DNA from: Thermoanaerobaculia bacterium
GTDB taxonomy: Bacteria; Acidobacteriota; Thermoanaerobaculia; UBA5066
DNA length: 64,000 nt
Direction of reading: 5' to 3'
Assembly (NCBI GenBank): GCA_963816185.1
Contig: CAWFJJ010000025.1
Coordinates: 320,001-384,000 of the forward strand
Shown: piece by piece, positions 39,260-48,565 of the stretch
Numbering within the stretch: the stretch's first letter is position 1
Layout of the letters: every line of letters begins with the position of its first letter
Notes under the pieces: model-generated
Databases searched by the model: none
What the model was told of the DNA's origin: nothing
What the model saw: the letters and a program-made list of their open reading frames with translations, nothing else
Program-made: the position numbers and the translations under genes

Positions 39260-40399
39260 TCAGCGGTCCGAGGATAACGGGTTTCCGCCATCCGGGACCG
39301 GGGAGGCCGGCCCGACGACCGCCGCGGCCGGAGGGGCACCCCGGCGACCCGGTGACGCCGCGCTGACCGGCAACTCGAACACGTTCTGAAAAACGAAGAG
39401 GCCGACGAGGGAAAAGACGAGGGCGGCGAGGGGCGCCGCCACCCACCCCGCCGCGATCTCGCCGAGCGCCCGGAACCGGATGCCGCTCCTTCTCACGAGC
39501 GAGATCCCGAGAATCGCGCCGACGACCGCCTGCGAGCCCGAGATGGGGACGAGGGGCCAGCCCGGCAGTCCGAGGGACCTCAGAAGCGCCTGCAGTTCCT
39601 TCGAACCGAAGAGGAAGAGGACCGTTGACGCCGAGAGGACGACGATGAGCGCGGCGAGAGGGGACAGCGAGGTGAGGCCGGCCCCCAGACGGACCATGAT
39701 CTGCCGCGAGTACGTCGTGATTCCGGCCGCGATCGCGAGGCCGCCGAGGAAGAAGAGCATCTGGACGCTCGTCGCGCTGAAGCCGCCGAGCGAGACCGAC
39801 TCCGGGAAGGGCGAGACCCTCACGAAGACGCCCATGACGTTCGCGATCGCGTTCTGTCCCAGGCTGAACGCCGCGAACGCGCCGACGCCGATCAGTCCGG
39901 CCCGCGTCCAGACGTCGACCTCGAGATCGTGCACCTTGAGGCGCGGAATCGCCGCACGTGCTCCCACGAAGAGCAGCGCGGCCAGGGCGCCGGCGAGCGC
40001 GGGGCTCACGACCCACGAGGAGAGGAGCGTCGAGAGAGTCGCGAGGTCGGTCGGCCGGCCCGTGAAGAGATTCCAGCCCACGATCGCGCCGACGATCGAC
40101 TGGGTGATCGAAACCGGAAGCCTGTTGCGCGTCAGAAGGATGACGACGGCGAGGCCCGCGGCGAGCGCGACGACGAAGGCCCCCGCAGGAGCGTCGATCG
40201 CACCCAGTCGGCCCAGCGTGCGTGCCGTTCCATGCGCGCCCGCGACGGCGCCGATCACCACGAAGACCGCCGCGACCCAGGCCGCGGTCCGGAACCGCAC
40301 CATCCGCGTGCCGACGGCCGTGCCGAAGATGTTCGCGCCGTCATTCGCGCCGAGGGACCATCCGAGGAAGATCCCGCTGGAGAGGAAGAGCCACGTCAC
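39260..40399 (-). CDS. PiT-family inorganic phosphate transporter
   Basis: GANDGAN, PVSITQ, GQNAIAN, PISGSQ. Confidence 0.85.
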   Translation of the reverse strand: MTWLFLSSGIFLGWSLGANDGANIFGTAVGTRMVRFRTAAWVAAVFVVIGAVAGAHGTARTLGRLGAIDAPAGAFVVALAAGLAVVILLTRNRLPVSITQSIVGAIVGWNLFTGRPTDLATLSTLLSSWVVSPALAGALAALLFVGARAAIPRLKVHDLEVDVWTRAGLIGVGAFAAFSLGQNAIANVMGVFVRVSPFPESVSLGGFSATSVQMLFFLGGLAIAAGITTYSRQIMVRLGAGLTSLSPLAALIVVLSASTVLFLFGSKELQALLRSLGLPGWPLVPISGSQAVVGAILGISLVRRSGIRFRALGEIAAGWVAAPLAALVFSLVGLFVFQNVFELPVSAASPGRRGAPPAAAVVGPASPVPDGGNPLSSDR

Positions 40400-40412
40400 G
40401 GCCGCACCCCCG

Positions 40413-41057
40413 CTAGATCGTCCGTTTGATCGTGTAGATCGAGAGGCGGTCGGCCACGTCCTCGGCGCGGTCCGAGAGCGTCTCGACGTGCAGGCAGAAG
40501 TAGCGGAGGTGGATCTTGTGCGCAAGGTCGAGATCCATCGCGAAGATGCGCCGCTTCAGCCGGTCCGCGAGGCGGTCCGCTTCCTTTTCGTAGAAGTAGA
40601 CCTTGTGGATGTGGTCGGGCACGGCCGTGATGTCGCGGAAGAACGCGCGGACCGCCGAGACGAGGTGCTGGGCACCCTCGACCCCGGCCTTCGCGAGCTC
40701 GAGGTAATCGCTCGCGAGGTCGGCGGGGACGTCGGGGCGCTCGACCGCGAACTGGTTGAGCGTCTTCTTCGCCTCGTCGATCACGTTGTCGATGTTCTCG
40801 AGGAGGCCGAGGACGTCGCCGCGGTGGTCCGGGATCAGGGACTCGCGGTAGAGCCGCGTCTCGATCTCGCGTCTCAGTCCGTCCGCCTTCCTCTCGAACT
40901 CGGCGATCGCCATGAGGTGCTGCTGGAAGCGCTCCTCGTTCTTCTGGAGATAGTCCGCGATCCCCTGCTGGAAGACGAGCGTCCCCTCGCTGATCGCATC
41001 GAGTAGCCCGTCGATCTGCGCCTCGATGGCCCGCGTGCGGCGGAAGAGTAGTGTCAT
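40413..41057 (-). CDS. DUF47 (PhoU-like PiT accessory) protein
   Basis: ERKAD, EKEAD, SDRAEDVAD; adjacent to PiT. Confidence 0.9.
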   Translation of the reverse strand: MTLLFRRTRAIEAQIDGLLDAISEGTLVFQQGIADYLQKNEERFQQHLMAIAEFERKADGLRREIETRLYRESLIPDHRGDVLGLLENIDNVIDEAKKTLNQFAVERPDVPADLASDYLELAKAGVEGAQHLVSAVRAFFRDITAVPDHIHKVYFYEKEADRLADRLKRRIFAMDLDLAHKIHLRYFCLHVETLSDRAEDVADRLSIYTIKRTI

Positions 41058-41078
41058 GTCCTGACCCCCAGGAGCGCC

Positions 41079-41726
41079 TTATGAGCGCTGATCCATGCCG
41101 ACGACATGCTTGGCCGCCTTGAGGTAATTCGTGTTGGGCATGCCGGCGATGCCGAGTCCCTCGACGACCTGCTTCAGCCCCTGATAGTTCTCGCTCTCCG
41201 CACAGGCGGACTCCACCATTGCACCGTTGAACCACACCCGGGCGTATTCGCAGGTGACGCCGTCGATCGTGAACCCCCAGCGCATCTTCTCCACGGAGAC
41301 GGCCGTCATGTCGGGATGCCGGCGGACCATCCGGACGAAATCGTCGATCGTGTACGTGTCCTGGTCCAAGGCCATCTCGACCTTGAGGTTCGCCAGGATC
41401 GTGACGAGATCCGCCTTCTTCACCGGAAACTGAAACTTGCCGCGGGGCTGGAAGATCTCGTAGCCCTCGGGCGTCTCGCCCGTCTTCGTCTTGATGTCGA
41501 GCAGGCCGTCGCGCACCTTCACGTTCGCCTCGTCGGTACGGACGCTCAGGAAGTAGGTCTCGGCGGGCATCTTCCTGGCCTGGAAGAGGACGGTCTTTCC
41601 GTTCCACATCTTTTCCTTGACGAGGTCGATCACGCCCTTGCCGAAGACCCGGAATTCGGCCCGGGGCGTGATCTTCGCGGCATCCTCCGCGGACGTCGCG
41701 GTGTTCCTGGCAAACGGGTCGATCAT
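41079..41726 (-). CDS. Hypothetical protein, divergent CYTH-like
   Basis: PRAEFRVF, NVKVRD..LDIK, KMRWGFTIDG..CE; homologous to 30864..31457. Confidence 0.6.
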   Translation of the reverse strand: MIDPFARNTATSAEDAAKITPRAEFRVFGKGVIDLVKEKMWNGKTVLFQARKMPAETYFLSVRTDEANVKVRDGLLDIKTKTGETPEGYEIFQPRGKFQFPVKKADLVTILANLKVEMALDQDTYTIDDFVRMVRRHPDMTAVSVEKMRWGFTIDGVTCEYARVWFNGAMVESACAESENYQGLKQVVEGLGIAGMPNTNYLKAAKHVVGMDQRS

Positions 41727-41772
41727 GTTTCCCCCTGTCGATCTGTTTCGTCGACGGTCCCCATGGGCACCC

Positions 41773-42495
41773 TCACCCGCCTCCGCGGGCGACGAGGTCG
41801 CGGAAGCGAAAAAGGTAGAGACCGGACAGCGCGACTCCCGCCGCGAGCCACAGGAGCGACCTTCGGCTCGGCACGACTTCCAGCCGCATCGACGTGTCGT
41901 CGCCCTGACCGAGGTTCGCAAGCCTCAGGAGGGCGTTCTGCCGGCCGCCTTCGCCCCCGAGACGGACGCGGGGCTCCACCTCGGACCTCGTCTGCTTCGG
42001 CAGCTGCTCGCGGATGGCCTGGAAGCGCGTGTCCTCGGGGAGGGTCACGAGGAACCGGAAGTCCATGATGAGCGTGACCTGCGAGTTCACGAAGGCGTAG
42101 CGGAGGATGCGGCTGTCGCGGGGCATCGTCAGCTTCATTCCCTCCGCGGGCTCCGGGGCCTTGGCGAAGACCCTCGGGACGTCGAAGGCGAACGCGAGCC
42201 GACCCGCGCCGGCCGTCGCAGGGGGCAGAGTCACCTGGAGCGTGGCCGACTTCTCCGTCGGCGGCTCCACGCGAAGGCCGTCCGTGGCCTCCGTCAGCCG
42301 GAAGTTCATCCCGGCACCGTGACTCAGCGGAATCACGACGGTCTCCGAGGGGTCGCCCGCGATGACGAGGGTGCTGGTCGCGCGGCCTGCGCCGCTGGCG
42401 TCGACGTCCAGCCGCGTCGCGTATTCCCGGATCTCCGCCGCGCTGGCGGGGCCCGGGGCGGACGCGAGGAGCGCGAACGCGAGGATCCTCTTCAT
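41773..42495 (-). CDS. Exported protein with C-terminal membrane anchor
   Basis: Signal peptide, beta-rich body, C-terminal TM; ATGA overlap with the DASS gene. Confidence 0.65.
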   Translation of the reverse strand: MKRILAFALLASAPGPASAAEIREYATRLDVDASGAGRATSTLVIAGDPSETVVIPLSHGAGMNFRLTEATDGLRVEPPTEKSATLQVTLPPATAGAGRLAFAFDVPRVFAKAPEPAEGMKLTMPRDSRILRYAFVNSQVTLIMDFRFLVTLPEDTRFQAIREQLPKQTRSEVEPRVRLGGEGGRQNALLRLANLGQGDDTSMRLEVVPSRRSLLWLAAGVALSGLYLFRFRDLVARGGG

Positions 42496-44054
42496 TTCGG
42501 CATCGCCCAGAAGGACGGCGTGATCCCGAGCCAGTGGAACCACGTGGCGGCGGAGAGGACGAGAAGGACGAGCCCGACCGTGCAGACGGTGATCCCGTAC
42601 TTGAAGTTGTCGATCACGGAGTACTGGTTCGTGGAGAAGAGAATCACGTTCGGCTTTCCGCTGATCGGGAGGCCGACGACCCAGTCGATCGTGAGCGCCG
42701 CGGGAAGGGCGAGCGACACGGGGTCCCAGCCGAGGGCCTTCGCCATCGTGATGATGATCGGGATCATGATGATCGTCCGCACGGTCTTCGAGGTCGTGAG
42801 GAGGTGGCTGTACATCATCACGGCCACGATGATCGTGAAGGCCGCGCCGAAGGGAATCACCTTCAGGTTCATCCCCCCGAACAGCATCCTCACGCCCCAC
42901 TCGGCTGCGCCCGTGTCGTCGAGGGCGAGGCCGCCGGCGTAGGCCCCGGCGCTGAAGATGAGCAGGTGCCACGGGATGTCGGCCTCCTGCCACTGAAGGA
43001 CTCCCCACCGGGGGAACAGCACGAGCACCGCGCCCAGGAGCGCGGCGAACGGAGCGCTGATCTCCACGCCGAACCACCGCATGTGGAAGATGTCCGTCAT
43101 CCAGAGGAAGAGCACGAGGGCGAAGATGGCGAGGGCCTTCTTCTCCTGGAAGCTCAACGGCCCCATCGCCGCGTGCTGCGCCTCGACGAGCGGAAGTCCT
43201 CCCTCCACGCTCGGGACCTGCTCCGCCGCCGGGATCGGAAAGATCAACTTCCGGCCCAGGAACCACATGATCAGCATCGTCACGATGGCGATCGGGGCTC
43301 CGGCGCGCATCCAGTCCATGTAGTAGATGCGGCGGCCGCCCATGCTCTGGATGAAGCCCACGGCGATGAGGTTCGCGCTCGACCCCGTCATGCTGATGGA
43401 CGAGAGCGCCGAGATCCCCGCGAGGTTGAGCAGGAACATGTTCTTGCCGAAGTTGTTCGGATGGGCCTCGCTCGACCCGTAGATGTTCGCGACGACGATC
43501 ATCAGGGGCAGCGTCATGACGCAGCGGGCGGCCGTGGCGGGGATGAGCGGGGCGAGGGCGAGCTGGATGATCACGAACGCGAGGAGCGCCCAGGACGCCT
43601 TGCGGCCGAACTTCACGATGAGGAAGAGCGACATCCGCTTGGCGAGTCGCGTCTTCACGAGCATCGCGGCGAGGATGAACGCCAGGAGGTTGAGCCAGAT
43701 GACCTCCATGCCGAGGACGTCCATGATCGGCTTGGCCGCCGACGTCCGGGTCACGAGGAGCAGGAACATCAGGACCAGGGACGTGACGTACGTCGGGAAG
43801 GGCTCCGTGACCCACCAGACCAGCGCGAGCAGGAAGCAGGCGGTGCCGGATTGGGCCGCCGCGCTGAGGCCCGTTCCGGGCGGGAGGTAGAGGATCAGGA
43901 GGAAGAGGGCGATGCCGCCCGGGAACCCCAGGTAGCGCATCCAGCGCTCGGCGACGCTCTGCGCGTCCCGAGGCTTCGCCGACAGCGTCATCTTCTCCAT
44001 GTCCAGGAGCTCCTGGAGCGTGGGGGCCCTGGCCGGCAGCGCGCTCTCCGCCAT
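42492..44054 (-). CDS. SLC13/DASS-family anion permease
   Basis: WWVTEPFP, IPATAAR, TGSSANLIA, IPWHLL, PISGKPN; many TM helices. Confidence 0.85.
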   Translation of the reverse strand: MAESALPARAPTLQELLDMEKMTLSAKPRDAQSVAERWMRYLGFPGGIALFLLILYLPPGTGLSAAAQSGTACFLLALVWWVTEPFPTYVTSLVLMFLLLVTRTSAAKPIMDVLGMEVIWLNLLAFILAAMLVKTRLAKRMSLFLIVKFGRKASWALLAFVIIQLALAPLIPATAARCVMTLPLMIVVANIYGSSEAHPNNFGKNMFLLNLAGISALSSISMTGSSANLIAVGFIQSMGGRRIYYMDWMRAGAPIAIVTMLIMWFLGRKLIFPIPAAEQVPSVEGGLPLVEAQHAAMGPLSFQEKKALAIFALVLFLWMTDIFHMRWFGVEISAPFAALLGAVLVLFPRWGVLQWQEADIPWHLLIFSAGAYAGGLALDDTGAAEWGVRMLFGGMNLKVIPFGAAFTIIVAVMMYSHLLTTSKTVRTIIMIPIIITMAKALGWDPVSLALPAALTIDWVVGLPISGKPNVILFSTNQYSVIDNFKYGITVCTVGLVLLVLSAATWFHWLGITPSFWAMPK

Positions 44055-44069
44055 TGACTCGGCCGGAGC

Positions 44070-44085
44070 TGCACGCGGGGTGCCA
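44070..44085 (-). promoter_or_regulatory. sigma54 promoter of the DASS-PiT operon
   Basis: Minus strand TGGCACCCCGCGTGCA (GG-N10-GC). Confidence 0.6.
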
Positions 44086-44137
44086 TGGCCTGTGGGGCGC
44101 GAAAGACCGCAGGATCCGTGCTCATCGCGATCGAGAT

Positions 44138-44192
44138 GGCGAACATTCGCCGCCGAGTGGCGAAATTTCGCCCATGGCGGCGAGATTTCGCT
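44138..44192. promoter_or_regulatory. Triple palindromic enhancer
   Basis: GGCGAACATTCGCC / GGCGAAATTTCGCC / GGCGAGATTTCGCT with periods of 21 and 20 bp. Confidence 0.7.
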
Positions 44193-44287
44193 ACTCTGGC
44201 CTCGTGCTCGAAGCGACAGGCAGCGCGCCCTCCGCCTCTTCTCTCGGGATCGGACCGCGGCACGGGCCTTGTAAGGACCGTGCCGCA

Positions 44288-45187
44288 ATGAGGCGGGTCC
44301 GGCTCTTCGGCTCGGCGCTCGCCGCGCTCGTGGCGGTGGCGGCGGTCGCGCTCTTCGTCCGCATTCGCGACCTCACGTCGGAGGGCGCCCTCCTCGCGGC
44401 GCCGTCCGGCGCGGCAGCATCGGACACGCGGCCCGAGCGCGTGATCGGCGTCGTGTCCCGGCTCGCGCCCGTGAGCCTTTACGAGGGTTACCAGCCCATC
44501 CTCGATTACCTCGGCCGGACGACGCCTTATCGGTACCGCCTCCGCGTGGCACGCGGCTACGGCGACGCCGTCGAGGACCTCGTCGCGGGGCGCACGCAGG
44601 GAGCGTTCCTCGGCAGCCTCCTTTACGTGCAGGCACACGCCGTCCACAGGGTGGAACCGCTCGTCCGTCCGCGCAACGCGCGCGGAGAACCGACCTTCGA
44701 GTCGGTCGTCGTGGTCCGCGAGGACAGCCCGGTCCGCCGCCTCGACGACCTAACGCGACACACGGTCGCGGTGCCGCCGCCGGATTCGTTCTCGGCGAAC
44801 TGGCTCCGCGCCGCGGCGCCGGGCGCGGCGTTCGTCGAGCGCACGTTCGCCCACCACGAGGCGGTCGTCCACCAGGTGCTGCGCGGGGCGTGCGACGCCG
44901 GCGTCGTCAAGGAGCGCGTGGCGGCGCCGTACCTCGCGCGCGGCCTGAGGATCGTCGCGCGTTCGGGCCCGATGCCGGGCTCGCCGTTCGTCGTCCTGGG
45001 CGACGCGGAGCCCGCGTTCGTTCGGGCTGTCGCGTCGGCGCTCCTCGCGCTCGATCCGGCACGGCCGGCCGACCGCGAGATCCTCACGAGCTGGGATCCC
45101 GAATTCGCGTGGGGGTTCGCCCCGGCGGCCGACCGCGACTATGACGCCGTCCGCCTGTTCGCCGCCGCACGGGCGCCGTCGCCGTGA
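44288..45187 (+). CDS. PhnD-like phosphate/phosphonate-binding protein, membrane-anchored
   Basis: YQPILDYL, G.LLYV, SVVVVREDSP, HEAV..V..G..DAG, D.DYD.VR. Confidence 0.8.
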   Translation: MRRVRLFGSALAALVAVAAVALFVRIRDLTSEGALLAAPSGAAASDTRPERVIGVVSRLAPVSLYEGYQPILDYLGRTTPYRYRLRVARGYGDAVEDLVAGRTQGAFLGSLLYVQAHAVHRVEPLVRPRNARGEPTFESVVVVREDSPVRRLDDLTRHTVAVPPPDSFSANWLRAAAPGAAFVERTFAHHEAVVHQVLRGACDAGVVKERVAAPYLARGLRIVARSGPMPGSPFVVLGDAEPAFVRAVASALLALDPARPADREILTSWDPEFAWGFAPAADRDYDAVRLFAAARAPSP

Positions 45188-46635
45188 CGTTTCCCCCAGC
45201 GCGCTCGACGCTCCGCGGGCGCCTGCTCGTCGCGACGGGCGGGACCGTCGCGGTCCTTCTTCTCGCGGTCTTCGTCGTCGTCCTCGTGACGTGGCGCGGA
45301 CGAATCGTCGGCGACCTCGAGCGCAGCGCCCTCGCCGTGACGCGCGCGTTCTCCGTCTCGGTCCTCGAAACGCTCCTCGAGGCCGAGAACGGCGCCGTCA
45401 AGGCGCCCGAGCGGCTCGACGAGTACATCGAGCACCTCATGCGCGACGACCGCCAGATCCGCAGCGTGCGCGTCTACGACCCGGCGGGCGTCCTCGTCTC
45501 CTCCAGCACGCTCTACGAGGTCCCGGCTGCGGCGTCGGCCGCGAAGCCGGCCGCGAGCCGGCGCCTGAGCGCCGTCTACCATAGCCCGCGGTGGGGCTGG
45601 GTCGTCGAGACGAACCTGCCGCTCCGGACGGGCGGGAAGGACTGGGGCCTCCTCGAGGTTCTCTACGACGCCGAGGCGACACGGCGCGAGCTGACGGGCC
45701 TCTACGTCCTCCTCGGCGGCGGGACCCTCGTCATCGTCGCGGTCCTCCTCGTCGTCCTTCGCGCGCTCGTCGTCCGCGAGACGCGTCCGCTGACGGCCCT
45801 CGCGTCGGTCATGGACCGCGTCGACCTCGAATCGGGCGGCGGGCCGCCGCTGCCCGAGTCCGACGACGAGATCGGGACGGTCGTCGCGCAGTTCAACCGG
45901 ATGCGCGCGCGCCTCGCGCAATCGCGCGAGGAGCTGCTCTCGGCGCAGCGCCAGATCTTCCACGCCGAACGCCTCGCCTCGATCGGCCGCCTCGCGTCCG
46001 GCGTGGCGCACGAGGTCAACAACCCGCTCAACGGGATCCGGAGCTGTCTCTACGCGATGCGCCAGGAGCCCGAGAACCGCGCGCAGACGGCCGAATACCT
46101 GGGTCTCATCGAGGAGGGAATCGGCAGGATCGAATCGATCGTCCAGAAGCTTCTCGGCTTCTCCCGAACGTCGCGCGGGGACGCTCCCGTCGATCTGAAC
46201 GCCGAGATCTCCGCCGTCCTCGCCCTTCTCGCATACCGGCTCGACGAGAAGAACGCCGACGTCGTGCGCGTCCTCGCGGAGGACCTCCCGCCCGTGCGCG
46301 GCGAGGCGACGCTCGTGCAGGAGGTCCTCATGAACCTCGTCCTGAATGCCTTCGACGCGATCGGGCCCGGTGGGCGCGTGACGGCCCGGACGGCGCGCGA
46401 CGGGCAGTTCGTGCGCGTGGACGTCGAGGACGACGGCTGCGGGATCGCGGAGGAGGATCTCCCGAAGGTCTTCGATCCGTTCTTCACGACGAAGGATCCC
46501 GGCAAGGGGACCGGGCTCGGCCTCTCGGTCGCCCAGCGAATCGTCGAGGCGCACGGCGGCACGATCGACGTGACGAGCCTCGCCGCGGGAGGGACCTGCT
46601 TCACCGTGCGCCTTCCCGTCGGAGGCGCGGCGTGA
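45184..46635 (+). CDS. Membrane sensor histidine kinase (HAMP, NtrB type)
   Basis: 2 TM helices, [35 protein letters not shown]. Confidence 0.9.
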   Translation: MTFPPARSTLRGRLLVATGGTVAVLLLAVFVVVLVTWRGRIVGDLERSALAVTRAFSVSVLETLLEAENGAVKAPERLDEYIEHLMRDDRQIRSVRVYDPAGVLVSSSTLYEVPAAASAAKPAASRRLSAVYHSPRWGWVVETNLPLRTGGKDWGLLEVLYDAEATRRELTGLYVLLGGGTLVIVAVLLVVLRALVVRETRPLTALASVMDRVDLESGGGPPLPESDDEIGTVVAQFNRMRARLAQSREELLSAQRQIFHAERLASIGRLASGVAHEVNNPLNGIRSCLYAMRQEPENRAQTAEYLGLIEEGIGRIESIVQKLLGFSRTSRGDAPVDLNAEISAVLALLAYRLDEKNADVVRVLAEDLPPVRGEATLVQEVLMNLVLNAFDAIGPGGRVTARTARDGQFVRVDVEDDGCGIAEEDLPKVFDPFFTTKDPGKGTGLGLSVAQRIVEAHGGTIDVTSLAAGGTCFTVRLPVGGAA

Positions 46636-47987
46636 GGATCCTCCTCGTCGAGGACGAGAAGATCACGCGGGTCTCCCTCTCGCGCACGCTCGCGAAGGCC
46701 GGTCACGCCGTGACGGCCTGCGAGACCGCGGCCGAGGCGCTCGAGGCCCTCGGGAAACCGGCGTTCGACCTCGTCCTGACGGACCTCCGCCTCCCGCGGG
46801 GGTCCGGGATGGACGTCCTCAGGGCCGCGCTTTCTCTCGAGCGGCCGCCGGCCGTCATCCTGATGACGGCGTATGCGTCCGTCGAGACGGCGGTCGAGGC
46901 GATCAAGCTCGGCGCGGCGGACTATCTTACGAAGCCATTCTCGCCGGAACAGCTCCTCCACCGCATCGGCAGGATCGAGGAACTCCGCGCCGCGAAGACC
47001 GAAGTGAGCCGTCTCAGGCGGACGCTCGAGGGCGAGGAGGCACGTTCGATCGTCGGCGCCTCCGCCGTGATGCGCCGCCTTCAGCAGACACTGCGCGTCG
47101 TCGGGGCGCGCGACACGACGGTCCTCGTCGAGGGAGAGAGCGGGACGGGGAAGGAGCTCGTCGCGCGCGCGCTCCATCGGCTCTCGGAGCGCGCCGACGG
47201 ACCCTTCGTCCCCGTGAACTGCGCGGCCATTCCCGAGACGCTCCTCGAGAGCGAGCTTTTCGGGCACGAGAAGGGCTCCTTCTCGGGCGCCGCCTCTCGC
47301 CACGAGGGCTATTTCGAGCGCGCCAACCGCGGAACGATCTTCATCGACGATGTCGACGACTTTCCAATGCCGCTCCAGGTCAAGCTCCTGCGCGTCCTGC
47401 AGGAGCGGGAGTTCCTGCGCGTGGGGGGGCGGACGCCCGTGCGCGTCGACATCCGCGTCGTGTGCGCGACGAAGGTGCGCCTCGCCGAACTCGTCCGGCA
47501 GGGGAGGTTCCGGGAAGATCTCTACTACCGCCTCGCGATCGTCCCGCTGCGCGTGCCGCCGCTCCGCGAACGAAAGGAAGACATCCCGGCCCTCCTCGAC
47601 CATTTCTTCGCCCGATACGGCGCAGGCGCGAAGGCGCGGGCTCGCCTCGCGGCGCTCCTCCCGTCTCTTCTCGAGCACGGCTGGCCGGGCAACGTGCGCG
47701 AGCTCGAGAACGTCGCACAGCGGATCATCGCGCTTCCGGAGATCGAGCGGCTCGACTTCGACGACGTCGCGCGCGTCTCGGCGCCGGCGCTGCCGCCCGT
47801 CATCGCGCCGTCCGACGGAAAGATCGCCTACCGCGACGTCATGGAAACGGCGGACCGGCAGCTCATCCAGTGGGCGCTCGACCGCGCGGGCGGGCACGTG
47901 ACCGCCGCGGCCGAGCTCCTCGACCTGCCGCGCAGCACGCTTCGGAGCAAGATCGAGAAGTACGGGCTGTCCTCGACGGACGCGTGA
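46632..47987 (+). CDS. sigma54-type response regulator (NtrC family)
   Basis: Receiver domain, [34 protein letters not shown]. Confidence 0.9.
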   Translation: MRILLVEDEKITRVSLSRTLAKAGHAVTACETAAEALEALGKPAFDLVLTDLRLPRGSGMDVLRAALSLERPPAVILMTAYASVETAVEAIKLGAADYLTKPFSPEQLLHRIGRIEELRAAKTEVSRLRRTLEGEEARSIVGASAVMRRLQQTLRVVGARDTTVLVEGESGTGKELVARALHRLSERADGPFVPVNCAAIPETLLESELFGHEKGSFSGAASRHEGYFERANRGTIFIDDVDDFPMPLQVKLLRVLQEREFLRVGGRTPVRVDIRVVCATKVRLAELVRQGRFREDLYYRLAIVPLRVPPLRERKEDIPALLDHFFARYGAGAKARARLAALLPSLLEHGWPGNVRELENVAQRIIALPEIERLDFDDVARVSAPALPPVIAPSDGKIAYRDVMETADRQLIQWALDRAGGHVTAAAELLDLPRSTLRSKIEKYGLSSTDA

Positions 47988-48565
47988 GACTCACCGCGCA
48001 CTCTCCACCCGGGTCCTTGCCGCGTGTCTCGCTCGCGCGGCTCGCGGGGACGTTCGCGCTCGTCGGCGCGACGAGCTTCGGCGGCGGCCTGACGGGCTAC
48101 ATCCGGCGGACGCTCGTCGAGGACCGGCGCTGGCTGACGGACGACGAGTTCCTCGAGGGATTTTCCGTCGCGCAAGCGGTCCCCGGCCCGAACGCGGTCA
48201 ACCTCGCGATCTTCGCCGGCTGGCGGCTGAACGGATCCGCGGGCGCCGCCGTCGCGGTCGCCGCCGTGATGTTCGTGCCGCTTCTCTTCGTCTCCGCGCT
48301 CGCGGCAGGTTGGTCCGCCTGGGCCGCCCAGCCGCACGCGGCCGGCGTCATGAAAGGTCTAGGCGCCTTCGGCGTCGGTATTCTGGCCTCGAGCGGCCTC
48401 TCGATGCTGCGGGCGGCGCGCTTCCGCGGACCGGATCTGCTCCTCGCGCTCGCCGCTTTCCTCTGTGTCGCCATGCTCGGATTCTCCGTGCCAGCCGTTC
48501 TCTTCGGCCTCGCAGCCCTGTCGGCCCTGCGTCCGCGGGGGGCGGACGCGGAGAGGACCCCGTGA
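47984..48565 (+). CDS. Short-chain chromate transporter (CHR) subunit
   Basis: [23 protein letters not shown]. Confidence 0.8.
   Translation: MRLTAHSPPGSLPRVSLARLAGTFALVGATSFGGGLTGYIRRTLVEDRRWLTDDEFLEGFSVAQAVPGPNAVNLAIFAGWRLNGSAGAAVAVAAVMFVPLLFVSALAAGWSAWAAQPHAAGVMKGLGAFGVGILASSGLSMLRAARFRGPDLLLALAAFLCVAMLGFSVPAVLFGLAALSALRPRGADAERTP

Noticed and set aside
44138-44192. Possible mini-CRISPR array
   Set aside because: 14-bp units with 6-7-bp spacers and no cas genes; fits protein-binding sites.
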